Assembly (NCBI RefSeq): GCF_009914755.1
Contig: NC_060929.1
Reading direction: 5' to 3' (one strand)
Source of the DNA: the human T2T-CHM13v2.0 reference genome, Homo sapiens
Length of the DNA stretch: 64,000 bases
A model generated the notes under the pieces. It ran no database searches. It worked only from the letters and a program-made list of their open reading frames with translations, and was not told where the DNA came from. The position numbers and the translations under genes were made by a program. Positions within the stretch are counted from its first letter, which is position 1, and every line of letters starts with the position of its first letter. Positions 13,400 through 28,131 of the stretch are shown in pieces.

Positions 13400-13439
13400 T
13401 GCAGTAAACGGTTAGGCCTCTTAGTGTCGCTGTTGACCA
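13400..13439 (+). promoter_or_regulatory. PCDHGA3 promoter CSE / CTCF site
   Basis: TGCAGtaaacggttaggcctcttagtgtCGCTgttgacca; CGCT at 13428. Confidence 0.9.
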
Positions 13440-13678
13440 CTCAAGAAGGAGAACGCAGCTGGAGAACTAGTCCACCATTTCCTTGCTCCTAAAATGCAAA
13501 GAACCAGCAAATCAGACTCAGAAGATCCGGGGCGGCTGCCAACCTCACCTCTTAGTCAACCAGCTGTTTGACCTGTGAATTAGGCCCGTAAAAGACTTCG
13601 TTTCTTGAGAAAATAAGATTGGAGTCCGTCGTAGGAAACTGGAACCGAATTCAGAGAAAGCGATTCACCGAAAAGGAA

Positions 13679-16102
13679 ATGACCAATTGCCTGAGTTTCC
13701 GAAATGGCAGAGGACTGGCCCTGCTGTGCGCGCTCCTGGGGACGCTGTGCGAAACAGGATCCGGTCAGATCCGCTACTCGGTGTCTGAGGAGCTAGATAA
13801 AGGTTCCTTCGTGGGCAACATCGCTAACGACCTGGGGCTAGAGCCCCGGGAGCTGGCGGAGCGCGGAGTCCGCATCGTCTCCAGAGGTAGGACGCAGCTT
13901 TTCTCTCTGAATCCGCAAAGCGGCAGCTTGGTCACCGCGGAGAGGATAGACCGGGAGGAGCTCTGCGCTCAGATCCCGCTGTGTCTGGTAAAAATTAACA
14001 TTCTGGTTGAGGATAAATTGAAAATTTTTGAAGTAGAAATAGAAATTAAAGATATTAATGATAATGCTCCTAATTTCCCAACAGAGGAATTGGAAATAAA
14101 AATTGGTGAACTAACGGTTCCTGGAACCCGATTTCCACTTAAAACTGCTTTTGACCCAGATGTAGGCATTAACTCCCTGCAGAACTACAAGCTTAGCCCC
14201 AATGACTACTTCTCTCTGGCTGTGAATAGCGTCTCTGAGGGGGCCAAGTATCCAGAGCTGGTGCTGGAGCGGGCCCTGGACCGTGAGAAAAAAGAAATTC
14301 ACCAGCTTGTCCTGGTTGCCTCTGATGGTGGCGACCCTGTCCACTCTGGCAACTTGCACATCCAAGTGATAGTCCTGGATGCAAATGACAACCCACCAAT
14401 GTTTACTCAGCCTGAGTACCGTGTGAGTGTTTGGGAGAACGTGCCTGTGGGTACCCGGCTGCTCACGGTGAATGCCACTGACCCTGACGAGGGATTCAAT
14501 GCTCAAGTGTCTTATATTCTAGATAAAATGCCTGGGAAAATCGCTGAGATTTTCCATCTTAACTCAGTGAGTGGAGAAGTATCAATATTAAAAAGTCTAG
14601 ATTATGAGGATGCCATGTTCTATGAAATTAAAATTGAAGCACAGGATGGACCAGGTCTTCTTTCAAGAGCCAAGATTCTAGTCACGGTTCTGGATGTGAA
14701 TGACAATGCTCCAGAAATTACAATCACGTCTCTCACAAGCTCAGTCCCAGAAGAGGGCACCGTTGGAAGAGAAATTGCTCTTATCGACGTGCATGACCGA
14801 GATTCTGGGCAGAATGGGCAGGTTGAAGTTTTTGTCCTGGGAAATCTGCCATTTAAGTTAGAAAAATCAATAGATCAATATTACCGCTTAGTGACGGCCA
14901 CATCCCTGGACCGCGAACAAATATCAGAATATAACATTAGTCTGAGAGCCTCAGATGGGGGAAGCCCGCCACTGTCCACAGAAACTCACATCACCCTGCA
15001 TGTGATTGACATCAATGACAACCCACCCACCTTCCCTCATTTATCCTACTCCGCCTACATTCCAGAAAACAACCCCAGAGGAGCCTCCATCTTCTCAGTG
15101 ACAGCCCAGGACCCAGATAGCAACAACAACGCCCGCATCACTTATGCATTGACCGAGGACACTCTCCAGGGGGCGCCCCTGTCCTCCTTCGTCTCTATCA
15201 ACTCCAACACTGGCGTCCTATACGCGCTGAGATCCTTCGACTACGAGCAATTTAGAGACTTAAAGCTACTGGTGACAGCCAGCGACAGCGGGAACCCTCC
15301 ACTCAGCAGCAACGTGTCGCTGAACCTGTTCGTGCTGGACCAGAACGACAACGCGCCCGAGATCCTGTACCCCGCCCTCCCCACAGACGGTTCCACTGGC
15401 GTGGAGCTGGCGCCTCGCTCCGCAGAGCCCGGCTACCTGGTGACCAAGGTGGTGGCGGTGGACAGAGACTCGGGCCAGAACGCCTGGCTGTCCTACCGCC
15501 TGCTCAAGGCCAGCGAGCCGGGACTCTTCTCGGTGGGTCTGCACACGGGCGAGGTGCGCACGGCGCGAGCCCTGCTGGACAGAGACGCGCTCAAGCAGAG
15601 CCTCGTGGTGGCCGTCCAGGACCACGGCCAGCCCCCTCTCTCCGCCACTGTCACGCTCACCGTGGCCGTGGCCGACAGGATCCCCGACATCCTGGCCGAC
15701 CTGGGCAGCCTCGAGCCCTCCGCCAAACCCAACGATTCGGACCTCACTCTGTACCTGGTGGTGGCGGTGGCCGCGGTCTCCTGCGTCTTCCTGGCCTTCG
15801 TCATCGTGCTGCTGGCGCTCAGGCTGCGGCGCTGGCACAAGTCACGCCTGCTGCAGGCTTCGGGAGGCGGCTTGGCGAGTACGCCCGGCTCGCACTTTGT
15901 GGGCGTGGACGGGGTTCGGGCTTTCCTGCAGACCTATTCCCACGAGGTCTCCCTCACTGCGGACTCGCGGAAGAGCCACCTGATTTTCCCCCAGCCCAAC
16001 TATGCGGACACGCTCATCAGCCAGGAGAGCTGTGAGAAAAGCGAGCCTCTTCTGATAACTCAGGATTTACTTGAAATGAAAGGAGATTCCAACCTACTTC
16101 AG
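13679..16102 (+). CDS. PCDHGA3: Protocadherin gamma-A3 variable exon (first ATG 13679; the track's 13619 start is TTG); donor CAG|GTGAGT; read-through stop 16168
   Basis: [17 protein letters not shown]-terminus, 6 EC repeats, TM, VCD. Confidence 0.95.
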
Positions 16103-16628
16103 GTGAGTTTATTTATTTCTTTGATTATTAAGAACAAATATGAGAATGTGGTTATTATAAAGCTTTAACACATATGTATTTGAGAAATAAAGCCATGAGG
16201 TTGTCATTAGTCCTTTGACTAAATATTTGTCCCCCTTTCTTTCTGGGCCTATAGTAGGACTGCACTCCCCGGTCTGGTTATGGTTGAGTGGGCTTAGGGA
16301 AAAAATAATACATCGTGAGTGAAAGTAAAGTGTCACTTCCTAGAGGAATCTGCCACTGTGAGAATTTTCAGATCTCTAAGTTACTATTTGAAATTGTGAC
16401 TGCTCCTTCTACCTGGGTCCTTGAGTAACTATGATGAGAGAAACACAACACTGGTTTGTATACCTGTGATAAATAGGCCTTTTTCATTTTAAATCCCTGT
16501 GCTTTGGAGTTTGTCATTCCAACCTGTATAGCTTATCCTGATACATACAAGTAAAAATACATATGAATAAAAGATATTTTATGCCCATGAAATTAAATGA
16601 TGTTTGACTCCTTCCAAGACAGGTGACA

Positions 16629-16805
16629 CTCTTTTTTTCTTTCTCCTTCCTTCCTTCCTCTCTCTTTCCTCCTTCCTTCCTTCCTCTCTCTCTTTCCTCC
16701 TTCCTTCCTTCCTTCCTCTCTCTCTTTCCTCCTTCCTTCCTTCCTCTCTCTCTTTCCTCCTTCCTTCCTTCCTCTGTTTCTCTCTTTCTTTCTTTCTTTC
16801 TTTCT
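16629..16805. repeat. Compound polypyrimidine (CCTT/CT/CTTT) repeat derived from an Alu tail
   Basis: About 175 bp with a single purine; 28/32-bp higher-order units. Confidence 0.9.
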
Positions 16806-17079
16806 TGACAGGGTCTTACTCTGTCTGGAGTGCAGTGGCATGATCACGGCTCACTGCAGCCTTGACCTCGCAGACTCAAGTGATCCTCCCACCTCAGCCT
16901 CCCGAGTAGCTGGGACTACAGGCACGAGCCACCCTCCCAGCTAATTTGTTTTTGTTTTTGTAGAGATGGGGCAATTGCTATGTTTCCCAGGCTGGTCTGA
17001 AATTCCTGAGCTCAAGTGATCTGCCCACGTCAGCCTCCCAAAGTACTGCGATTAGAGGCATGAGCCACCATGCCTGGCC
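16806..17079 (-). mobile_element. AluJ-like element
   Basis: ggctcactgcagccttgacctc...ctcaagtgatcctcccacctcagcctcccgagtagctggga. Confidence 0.88.
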
Positions 17080-17130
17080 TGTTATTCTTTTCATCTCAAT
17101 AACATAAAAATTGGAGAACAAAAATGTAGA

Positions 17131-17447
<317 letters not shown>

Positions 17448-17959
17448 TTACCTATAGTGCCTGTTACATATGCCTAAAGTATATGCTTATGTGTGTATTC
17501 ATTTTGATTTCAACATTTTGCCTGAGGGTGGAAAGCTCACCTAGCTAAATTATTATGAGCCTTGGAGTGGTATTTCTTGTCCTTGAGAAGGACATCAAAA
17601 ACATGTAAAGGAATATGTCTCAGCCTCTGCGGGAGATTTCCAGACAATCTCTTCCAACAATGGAATAGAAGTCCCTTCTTTTGTCATGTTCTACAACTTT
17701 CTTGAGCCAGAAATTGTTGGCTTATTCTGCAATTTATGAAATTATTTTCACTCATGAAATCATATGAGAGTTATCCAAAATTAGACCAAAATATGTTTTA
17801 TTAGAACTCAAACAAAAGAATAGATTCCTCCCTCAATATATTAGGAAAAAGCACATTTAAATGTATGAGACAACAGGGCCAGAACACAAAAGCTGTAAGC
17901 AGAGTAAGGTGTATTCTCACTGAAACATGGAAATACATCACAGAATTTAAAAGGCCCAT

Positions 17960-18037
17960 AGCCAGGGGAGGACTTCTGAGCCTAGGACTTTGAGACCTAC
18001 TTGGGCAACATAGCATGACCCTGTCTCAAAAGAAAAA
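17960..18037 (+). mobile_element. FLAM/Alu monomer fragment
   Basis: gagcctaggactttgagacctacttgggcaacatagcatgaccctgtctcaaaagaaaaa. Confidence 0.65.
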
Positions 18038-18707
18038 GGCACGTAACTTTTAACATATCATTTTTAGAAAAAAAAATGTTTATAGTATTAGTATCACTTT
18101 CCCTGTAAGGAGAAAAAAAATTAATTAGCTGTGTCAGGGGAAATTTGGATGCTCAAAGATAATTTCTAAGAATTCTATATGAAACATAGCCTACATATGT
18201 GTCATGAAAATACACTGAGAGTATGGAACCCATACAATTCCACCTACTTGTACAGGTAATGGAAGGTCTCAGACATCCCATTTTCACTAAAAAGGATTTA
18301 TTTTTATTTTTTTGAAGAATGGGCAAGAATCCACTACAACAGAAAGGGAGGAGAAGTTCATAGTAAAAGGAATGGAAAGTATAAAGGCATGATGCAAGGA
18401 AACAAGTGAAAAGGTATCTTAAGAAAACAGATAATAGGCTGTTTCGAATAGAGTATGAGTATGGGTGAGCACTGCAAAATAGTAGAATAAATTGTTGAGT
18501 TGGATCTCATTTGGTAATGCATTTGAAATAAAGGGATTTGCTTTGAACCAAGACTGGTTCTAAGCCTGGAACTACAGAATAAGTTCCAAAACTGGGTGTC
18601 TAAGAACTCTGAATACCTCTCCAATATTTACCAGTGGTCAAGTCAAACTCGTTTTGCTCATTAATGGTATAAGTCGGCTGGAGCTGAGAATTGGCATTAT
18701 AGAGAAT

Positions 18708-18987
18708 GTTTTTGAGACAGAGTCTTGCTCTGTCACCCAGGATGGACTTCAGTGGCATGATCTCAACTCACTGCAACCTCTGCCTCCTGAGTTAAGTGAT
18801 TCTGCTGCCTCAACCTCCCGAGTAGCTGGCGTTACAGGTACCCGCCACCATGCCTGGATAATTTTTATTTTTTTAGTAGAGATGGCTTGCACCATGTTGG
18901 ACAGGCTAGTCTCAAACTCCTGACCTCATGTGTTCTTCCCACCTTGGCCTCCCAAAGTGCTGGGATCACAGGTCACTGCACCCAGCC
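18708..18987 (-). mobile_element. AluS-type element
   Basis: tttgagacagagtcttgctctgtcaccc...ctcaaactcctgacctc...cctcccaaagtgctggga. Confidence 0.88.
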
Positions 18988-19635
18988 TAGAGTATTTAAT
19001 ATACATTCATATAAAAAAGAAGCACTGGTTTCATAAAACAAATGTACATTATATGAGATTCCACTTCATAAAAGCATGTATGTGTACCCCAACACTAAAT
19101 TGGCCCTTTTAACAAAATATCAGACTTTGTCCTACTTAACTGGAAAGATTATCTATATTTTATAAAGAAGAGAAATAACATAATAGTAAGGCTGTGATTT
19201 CCTCTTTTTTGCAAAAACTATTTTTGAAAAGTATTACTGAATTGATAACATATATATGGAGAGATTTAAAATACTAGATAAGGGAGCTTATTCCAATGAA
19301 TTTACAGAAAGGTAGGTATTTTAGTCAACTAAAAATATAAATAAAAATTATCAATTCACTTATTTGGATACAGCAGTCATGCCAGAGTTTATAAATATAG
19401 TGAAATCACTGAAGATTTTTTTTTACCCCCAAAACTGAAAAAAATGGCAGTGTACCTTGTGAATTTTTTAAATGAAAAAAGAATACGAAATGATGAAGGC
19501 CCTTATCTGATGATGACAAACTAGAAAACTGAAATGTAAAGGGGAAAATGTGAGTATGTGTTTCCCTCCAGCAAATTAAAGACAGGGTACATAGATTCAA
19601 GAGGTTGCGCTTTGAGGATAAAAAGCTGGGCCCTG

Positions 19636-19676
19636 TGCAGTTTTCCAAGACAACCTCTGGGCGCCGCTGTCGACCA
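19636..19676 (+). promoter_or_regulatory. PCDHGB1 promoter CSE / CTCF site
   Basis: TGCAGttttccaagacaacctctgggcgcCGCTgtcgacca; CGCT at 19665. Confidence 0.9.
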
Positions 19677-19884
19677 AAAGGAAGTGAAGGCTTCTCAATT
19701 CTGCAGGAGCGTCAGGCAGGGTGCCTTCCTGCTTTGTCCGGTGCACTGAGCACAGACGCTGCTCCTGTTCACCCTCGAGCGCCTAACTAATAAGTCCTAA
19801 GCTCAAATCACAGAAGTCCAGGGTGCTGCCATTTCTTTTTGAAAAACATCCCAGAGGAAAGAAGCTCCGCGGAGAGTTCCTGAA

Positions 19885-22293
19885 ATGCAGAGAGCCAGAG
19901 AAGCCGAAATGATGAAAAGTCAGGTACTGTTTCCCTTCCTGCTGTCTTTGTTCTGCGGGGCCATCTCCCAGCAGATCCGATACACGATTCCAGAGGAGCT
20001 AGCCAACGGCTCACGGGTGGGGAAACTTGCCAAGGATCTGGGGCTCAGTGTCCGGGAGTTGCCAACTCGAAAACTGCGGGTTAGTGCAGAGGATTATTTC
20101 AACGTTAGTTTGGAGAGCGGGGATTTGTTAGTGAACGGTAGGATAGATCGAGAGAAGATTTGCGGAAGGAAACTTGAGTGTGCACTAGAATTCGAAACGG
20201 TCGCTGAAAACCCAATGAATGTTTTCCACGTGGTTGTTGTAATCCAAGATATTAATGACAATGCACCACGTTTCGTTGCAAAAGGCATTGACTTAGAAAT
20301 TTGTGAGTCAGCCTTACCCGGGGTAAAATTCTCTCTGGATTCTGCTCAAGATGCAGATGTGGAAGGCAATTCACTGAAGTTATACACCATCAACCCCAAT
20401 CAATACTTCTCTCTGTCAACGAAGGAAAGTCCTGATGGAATTAAATATCCGGTATTACTGCTGGAAAAACCTCTAGACAGGGAACATCAGAGCTCTCATC
20501 GCTTAATCCTGACTGCCATGGATGGCGGGGACCCGCCTCTAAGCGGCACCACCCATATCTGGATCCGAGTTACGGATGCCAATGATAATGCTCCCGTGTT
20601 TAGCCAGGAGGTATACAGGGTTAGCCTCCAAGAAAACGTACCGTGGGGAACCTCCGTGCTGCGGGTGATGGCCACAGACCAGGATGAGGGCATTAATGCA
20701 GAGATCACCTATGCCTTCCTCAATTCCCCAATAAGTACCAGCCTCTTCAATCTCAATCCAAATACTGGCGACATCACAACCAATGGCACATTGGATTTTG
20801 AAGAGACAAGTAGATATGTGTTGAGTGTGGAAGCTAAGGATGGAGGAGTACACACAGCTCACTGTAATGTTCAAATAGAAATTGTTGACGAGAATGACAA
20901 TGCCCCAGAGGTGACATTCATGTCCTTCTCTAACCAGATTCCAGAGGATTCAGACCTTGGAACTGTAATAGCCCTCATAAAAGTGCGAGACAAGGATTCT
21001 GGGCAAAATGGCATGGTGACATGCTATACTCAGGAAGAAGTTCCTTTCAAATTAGAATCCACCTCGAAGAATTATTACGAGCTGGTGATTGCTGGAGCCC
21101 TAAACCGGGAGCAGACAGCAGACTACAACGTCACAATCATAGCCACCGACAAGGGCAAACCAGCCCTTTCCTCCAGGACAAGCATCACCCTGCACATCTC
21201 CGACATCAACGACAATGCACCTGTTTTCCATCAGGCCTCCTATGTGGTCCACGTGTCTGAGAACAACCCACCTGGCGCCTCCATTGCACAAGTAAGCGCC
21301 TCCGACCCGGATTTGGGACCCAACGGCAGAGTCTCCTACTCTATTCTGGCCAGTGACCTGGAGCCGCGGGAGCTGTTGTCCTACGTGTCCGTGAGCCCGC
21401 AGAGCGGGGTGGTGTTCGCGCAGCGCGCCTTCGACCACGAGCAGCTGCGCGCCTTCGAGCTCACGCTGCAGGCCAGGGACCAGGGCTCCCCCGCGCTCAG
21501 CGCCAACGTGAGCCTGCGCGTGTTGGTGGGCGACCTCAATGACAATGCGCCACGGGTGCTGTACCCCGCGCTGGGGCCTGATGGCTCCGCCCTCTTCGAT
21601 ATGGTGCCACGCGCCGCAGAGCCCGGCTACCTGGTGACCAAGGTGGTGGCGGTGGACGCAGACTCAGGACACAACGCTTGGCTGTCCTACCACGTGCTGC
21701 AGGCCAGCGAGCCCGGGCTCTTCAGCCTGGGGTTGCGCACGGGTGAGGTGCGCACAGCGCGTGCCTTGGGCGACAGGGACGCGGCCCGCCAGCGCCTGCT
21801 GGTCGCTGTGCGTGATGGAGGACAGCCGCCACTCTCCGCCACCGCCACGCTGCACCTAATCTTCGCGGATAGCCTGCAAGAGGTATTGCCAGACCTCAGC
21901 GACCGCCCTGAGCCCTCTGACCCCCAGACGGAACTGCAGTTTTACCTGGTTGTGGCCTTGGCCTTGATCTCAGTGCTCTTTCTCCTCGCGGTGATTCTAG
22001 CGATCGCCCTGCGCCTGCGACGTTCCTCCAGCCTCGACACTGAGGGCTGCTTTCAAACCGGTCTCTGCTCCAAGTCTGGGCCCGGGGTTCCTCCCAACCA
22101 CAGCGAGGGGACTTTGCCCTATTCCTACAATCTATGTATTGCCTCTCATTCTGCAAAGACAGAGTTTAATTCTCTCAACCTGACACCGGAAATGGCTCCC
22201 CCTCAGGATCTGCTGTGTGATGATCCTTCTATGGTTGTATGTGCCAGTAATGAAGATCACAAAATCGCTTATGACCCTTCTTTGTCTTCGCAC
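19885..22293 (+). CDS. PCDHGB1: Protocadherin gamma-B1 variable exon; donor CAC|GTGAGT; read-through stop 22317
   Basis: [17 protein letters not shown]-terminus; B-type motifs [12 protein letters not shown] and GTLPYSYN. Confidence 0.95.
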
Positions 22294-22331
22294 GTGAGTT
22301 TCTGCAAATCTAGTTAAATTTTATATATGGC

Positions 22332-22630
<299 letters not shown>

Positions 22631-22959
22631 TTATATATTGCATTTTCTTCTCATTGGTGTATAAGTAATTCTGATTTTCTTTCATTGTTCTAGTGATGGT
22701 ATCTACTGCGGGAGGGGGTACTAGATAGATGGAGATTGCTTTCTTGATTGCTCAGTAGTCTTGGCAATTTAATTTTCAATCTTTACTGTTGGCATTTCTG
22801 TATGGTTGGCAAATCTTGCTAAAGAGACCTGTTTCCTAGATGTTAACACTTAGTAATAGCAGTGCCTTTTCTTAGTTGATATGCAATACTATATTTTCAA
22901 GTCATTTTATTCTTAGCTCTTTATAAATGTATTTAGAGTTCTTCCCACCCAAGTTAAAG

Positions 22960-23043
22960 TTCATCAATTACATTAATTATGTAATTGATGTAATTATGTA
23001 TTAATGTAATTATGTAATTAATGTAATCTTCATCAATTACATT
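22960..23043. repeat. AT-rich ATGTAATT-type local repeat with a 12-bp hairpin and 15-bp flanking direct repeats
   Basis: ttcatcaattacatt at 22960 and 23029; catcaattacat/atgtaattgatg inverted pair. Confidence 0.8.
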
Positions 23044-24571
23044 CTAGTTTGTCTTTTTGCAGCAACATGTATGTTTAATACAGCCTTCCAATTATTAAGA
23101 CTCTTAACACTTTGTCTCATCACAAGTAGCAAATATTGTCCAATTTTATATTTGCATCACTAACTTTGAGTCAATATTATTCCCACTCTATAATTTCAGT
23201 CAATGATATTTCATAATTTTCTTAACCATTCCTAAATTATTTGTTTTTATGCTCTTTCTATTTTGTCTCTATTAAAACAAAGAATGTAATGAACATTTGG
23301 GTTTATAAAGCGTTTTCCATACTTCTTGTTTCTTTAGTGTAGATTTCTGAGGAATTAGTTAAATCTATAAACATGTTGAGATTTTTTTAATGCATACTGT
23401 CAAATTTATTTCCAAACATCTTATTTCACCTCTCAATCATCCGCAGTTTGTGCGGTCTTTGAGGATTGTGAAAAACACGTTTAATCTACTCTCTCAAAGT
23501 CTGAGGGTTTTTAAATTCTGTATAGCTAATGCCCTTTTGTATGAGTCATTTCTACTGCTAATTGTTAAGTGAGGAATAAGCTTAAGAACTGATGTACTGC
23601 TTTATCTCAAATTTTCACAGATTAGTAAATTACTGTAAGTATTCATAAGAAAGAAAGCGATGGCACATGCAATGATAATCCATGTTCGGCTACCAAAACA
23701 TTTCCTTTTACTGGCTATTTCTAAAATGAGAGCTAAAGTAAAGTTAGAAATTGTAAAATAATACTGAATGTGTCATGTGAAAAAATCACTAAACTATTAT
23801 CTGCACTTTATAGTTATTCAGTCTAACTTTTCTTTTTATTTCTTTTTTATTTTTAAGATCAGAGTTATTTACCCATTGTTTTAGGCTTTGCATTTGAACT
23901 GGTCATTCATGAAACATTGAAAGGTTTCATAAAAGTTACTACTCTATGAAAGGTATTGTTCTAAAGATTGAGAACACATTGTGAACAAGATAGTCATATG
24001 CATAGCTTGTGGCCAAGAATCTACTGTACACAAAATTAAGGAGCAAATTCTCTTCCCAAACCTATTATCCTATTTGTCAATCTCATTTGTACAGGGTAAG
24101 GCTAACTCTTGAACAGTAGGTGAGTTTTTTGCAAGGGAATTGAAGCATTGCCCCAGGTTCTAGAGGGTCAACTCCTGTGAGGAAACTTGTTACTGCATAA
24201 ATTGGGACTAAAGCCAGACCTCCAAGTTCCTGTCCCACTGTCTTTTCACTTATCTGTCTCATCCATTTTTCAAGTCCACCTTTGTCTTTAGGAGAGATAA
24301 TTATGTCCCTCACACAATACGCTATACTGAGAATGGGCTGTGGGGATGAACAATGTGAAAACTGAAAAGAGGAAGAACACATCTTAGGAAAAAAATCGTC
24401 ATATTTTCTCTAAGAAAATAAATAACTTCATAAAGTTTATTGTACAGGAAGACTTGGATCATTCTTGAATTTTCATTGCAAATCAAAAACAGGAATTTGA
24501 CTTTATTATCTTGGGAGAAATAGGAATAGAAAAGTGTATAAAAAATAAACTTTTTTTAACCAAGAATAAAT

Positions 24572-24611
24572 TGCAGTAACAGGTTAAGACTCTGGGTGTC
24601 GCTGTTCACCA
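24572..24611 (+). promoter_or_regulatory. PCDHGA4 promoter CSE / CTCF site
   Basis: TGCAGtaacaggttaagactctgggtgtCGCTgttcacca; CGCT at 24600. Confidence 0.9.
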
Positions 24612-24731
24612 ATCAGGGGGAAAAGACAAACCAGAAATTTAATCAGAATCACAAGATTTCTGCAGCACAAAGCACTGGCTCTGGAGCTTTATGAAAGCTT
24701 CAAGCGGAAGCCCTGAGAGCTCTGGCTGTGA

Positions 24732-27245
24732 ATGCACTTTATTTTGGACCCAGAAGATCCTGGGGCTCCTCAGGCCTCGACAGAGGGAAAACCGAAGCAC
24801 AGGCGACTCCGCGGCGGGGTTGTAATGGCGGCGCCTCCTGCTCGCCCAGACCACACCCGGCTGCTCCAGATCTGCCTTCTCCTGGGGGTTCTGGTGGAAA
24901 TCAGGGCCGAACAGATTCTCTACTCGGTGTTTGAGGAGCAGGAAGAAGGCTCAGTGGTGGGCAACATCGCCAAGGACCTGGGGTTGGCGCCCCGGGAGCT
25001 GGCGGAGCGCGGAGTCCGCATCGTCTCCAGAGGTAGGACGCAGCTTTTCGCCCTGAACCCGCGCAGCGGCACCTTGGTCACCGCGGGTAGGATAGACAGG
25101 GAGGAGCTCTGCGACAGATCTCCAAACTGTGTGACAAACCTGGAGATTCTTCTAGAAGATACAGTGAAGATTTTGCGGGTAGAGGTGGAAATAATCGATG
25201 TTAATGATAACCCACCCAGTTTTGGGACAGAACAGAGGGAAATAAAAGTTGCTGAAAATGAAAATCCTGGGACAAGATTTCCTCTTCCTGAAGCTTTTGA
25301 TCCGGATGTAGGTGTAAACTCCCTGCAGGGTTACCAGCTCAACTCAAACGGTTACTTTTCCCTGGACGTGCAAAGTGGGGCCGATGGGATTAAGTACCCA
25401 GAGCTGGTGCTGGAACGCGCTCTAGATCGCGAGGAAGAGGCGGTTCACCACCTCGTTCTCACGGCCTTCGATGGAGGTGACCCGGTTCGCTCTGGCACTG
25501 CCAGGATTCTCATAATACTTGTGGATACCAACGATAATGCTCCCGTGTTCACTCAGCCCGAGTACCACGTAAGTGTTCGTGAGAACGTTCCTGTAGGCAC
25601 TCGGCTACTCACCGTAAAAGCCACTGATCCAGATGAAGGAGCCAATGGAGACGTGACGTATTCTTTCCGGAAAGTAAGAGACAAAATATCACAGCTATTT
25701 CAGTTGAATTCTCTGAGTGGGGATATAACAATATTGGGGGGTCTAGATTATGAGGACTCTGGATTCTATGACATAGATGTAGAAGCCCATGATGGGCCTG
25801 GTCTCCGAGCTAGAAGCAAGGTACTGGTGACAGTTCTGGATGAAAATGACAACGCACCAGAAGTCACAGTTACATCTCTCACCAGCTCAGTCCAGGAATC
25901 TTCTTCCCCGGGTACAGTAATTGCACTTTTCAACGTGCATGACAGTGACTCAGGAGGAAATGGCCTAGTCACATGTTCTATTCCAGATAATCTGCCATTC
26001 ACACTTGAAAAGACCTATGGAAATTATTATCGGTTGTTGACACACAGAACACTGGACAGGGAAGAAGTCTCAGAATATAACATCACTGTAACTGCCACTG
26101 ACCAGGGAACTCCTCCACTGTCTACAGAAACTCATATTTCACTGCAAGTGATGGACATCAATGACAACCCACCCACTTTCCCTCATGCTTCCTACTCTGC
26201 TTACATTCCTGAAAACAACCCCAGAGGAGCCTCCATCTTATCTATGACTGCTCAAGACCCTGACAGTGGTGACAATGCCCGAATCACTTACTCCCTGGCC
26301 GAAGACACCTTCCAGGGTGCACCTCTGTCCTCCTATGTCTCCATCAACTCCAATACAGGGATCCTATATGCTCTTTGCTCCTTCGACTATGAGCAGTTTA
26401 GAGACCTGCAGCTGCTGATGACAGCCAGTGACAGTGGAGACCCTCCACTCAGCAGCAATGTGTCACTGAGCCTCTTTGTGCTGGACCAGAACGACAATGT
26501 CCCTGAGATCCTGTACCCCACCTTCCCTACGGATGGCTCCACTGGTGTGGAGCTGGCACCCCGCTCCGCAGATTCCGGCTACCTGGTGACCAAAGTGGTG
26601 GCAGTGGACAGAGACTCAGGTCAGAATGCCTGGCTGTCCTACAGCCTACTCAAGTCCAGCGAGCCGGGACTATTTGCAGTGGGGCTGCACACAGGCGAGG
26701 TGCGCACCGCACGGGCCCTGCTGGACAGAGACGCGCTCAAGCAGAGGCTTGTAGTGGTCGTCCAGGACCATGGCCAGCCCCCTCTCTCGGCCACCGTCAC
26801 ACTCACTGTGGCTGTGGCCGACAGCATCCCAGATGTCCTGGCTGACTTGGGCAGCCTCAAGCCTTCAGCAGACCCAGACGACTCGGGCCTCACACTCTAT
26901 CTCGTGGTGGCAGTGGCCGCTGTCTCCTGCGTCTTCCTGGCTTTTGTCACGGTGCTGCTAGCACTCAAGCTGAGACGCTGGCACAAGTCACGCCTGCTTC
27001 ACGCTGAAGGCAGCAGGTTGGCAGGTGTGCCTGCCTCGCACTTTGTGGGCGTGGACGGGGTTCGGGCTTTCCTGCAGACCTATTCCCACGAGGTCTCCCT
27101 CACCGCGGACTCGCGGAAGAGTCACCTGATCTTCTCCCAACCCAGCTATGCAGACACGCTCATCAGCCGGGAGAGTTGTGAGAAAAGCGAGCCTCTTCTG
27201 ATAACTCAGGATTTACTTGAAACAAAAGGAGACCCTAATCTTCAG
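24732..27245 (+). CDS. PCDHGA4: Protocadherin gamma-A4 variable exon (paralog-equivalent ATG at 24825; upstream in-frame ATG at 24732); donor CAG|GTGAGT; read-through stop 27287
   Basis: [19 protein letters not shown] signal peptide, 6 EC repeats, TM, VCD. Confidence 0.94.
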
Positions 27246-27531
27246 GTGAGTCAATCTTATAATAGATCATACCACACTGAAATATAGACAAAGAGTTGTG
27301 TAAATGTCTCTCATTTTATATGTAATATATCAAATAAAGTTGCCTCTTTTAATATTTTATTGCTTTAAAGAAAACTGGTGGATGACCTTCCAATAATGAT
27401 CAACAGTATTTACCACACAAAAATGTTGTTTATTACTTATCCTTTTTGGTCTTCATTCAGTTGTAGTTTCAGCCAGAATTTTCTAATTTTACAACTCTGA
27501 GCCACCTCATTTCCTTAAATTTCCTTTTCTG

Positions 27532-28131
<600 letters not shown>

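Noticed and set aside
13619-13678. N-terminal extensions in the ORF track for A3, A5 (33937) and B4 (57502)
   Set aside because: These begin at TTG/GTG; the first ATG gives a normal signal peptide
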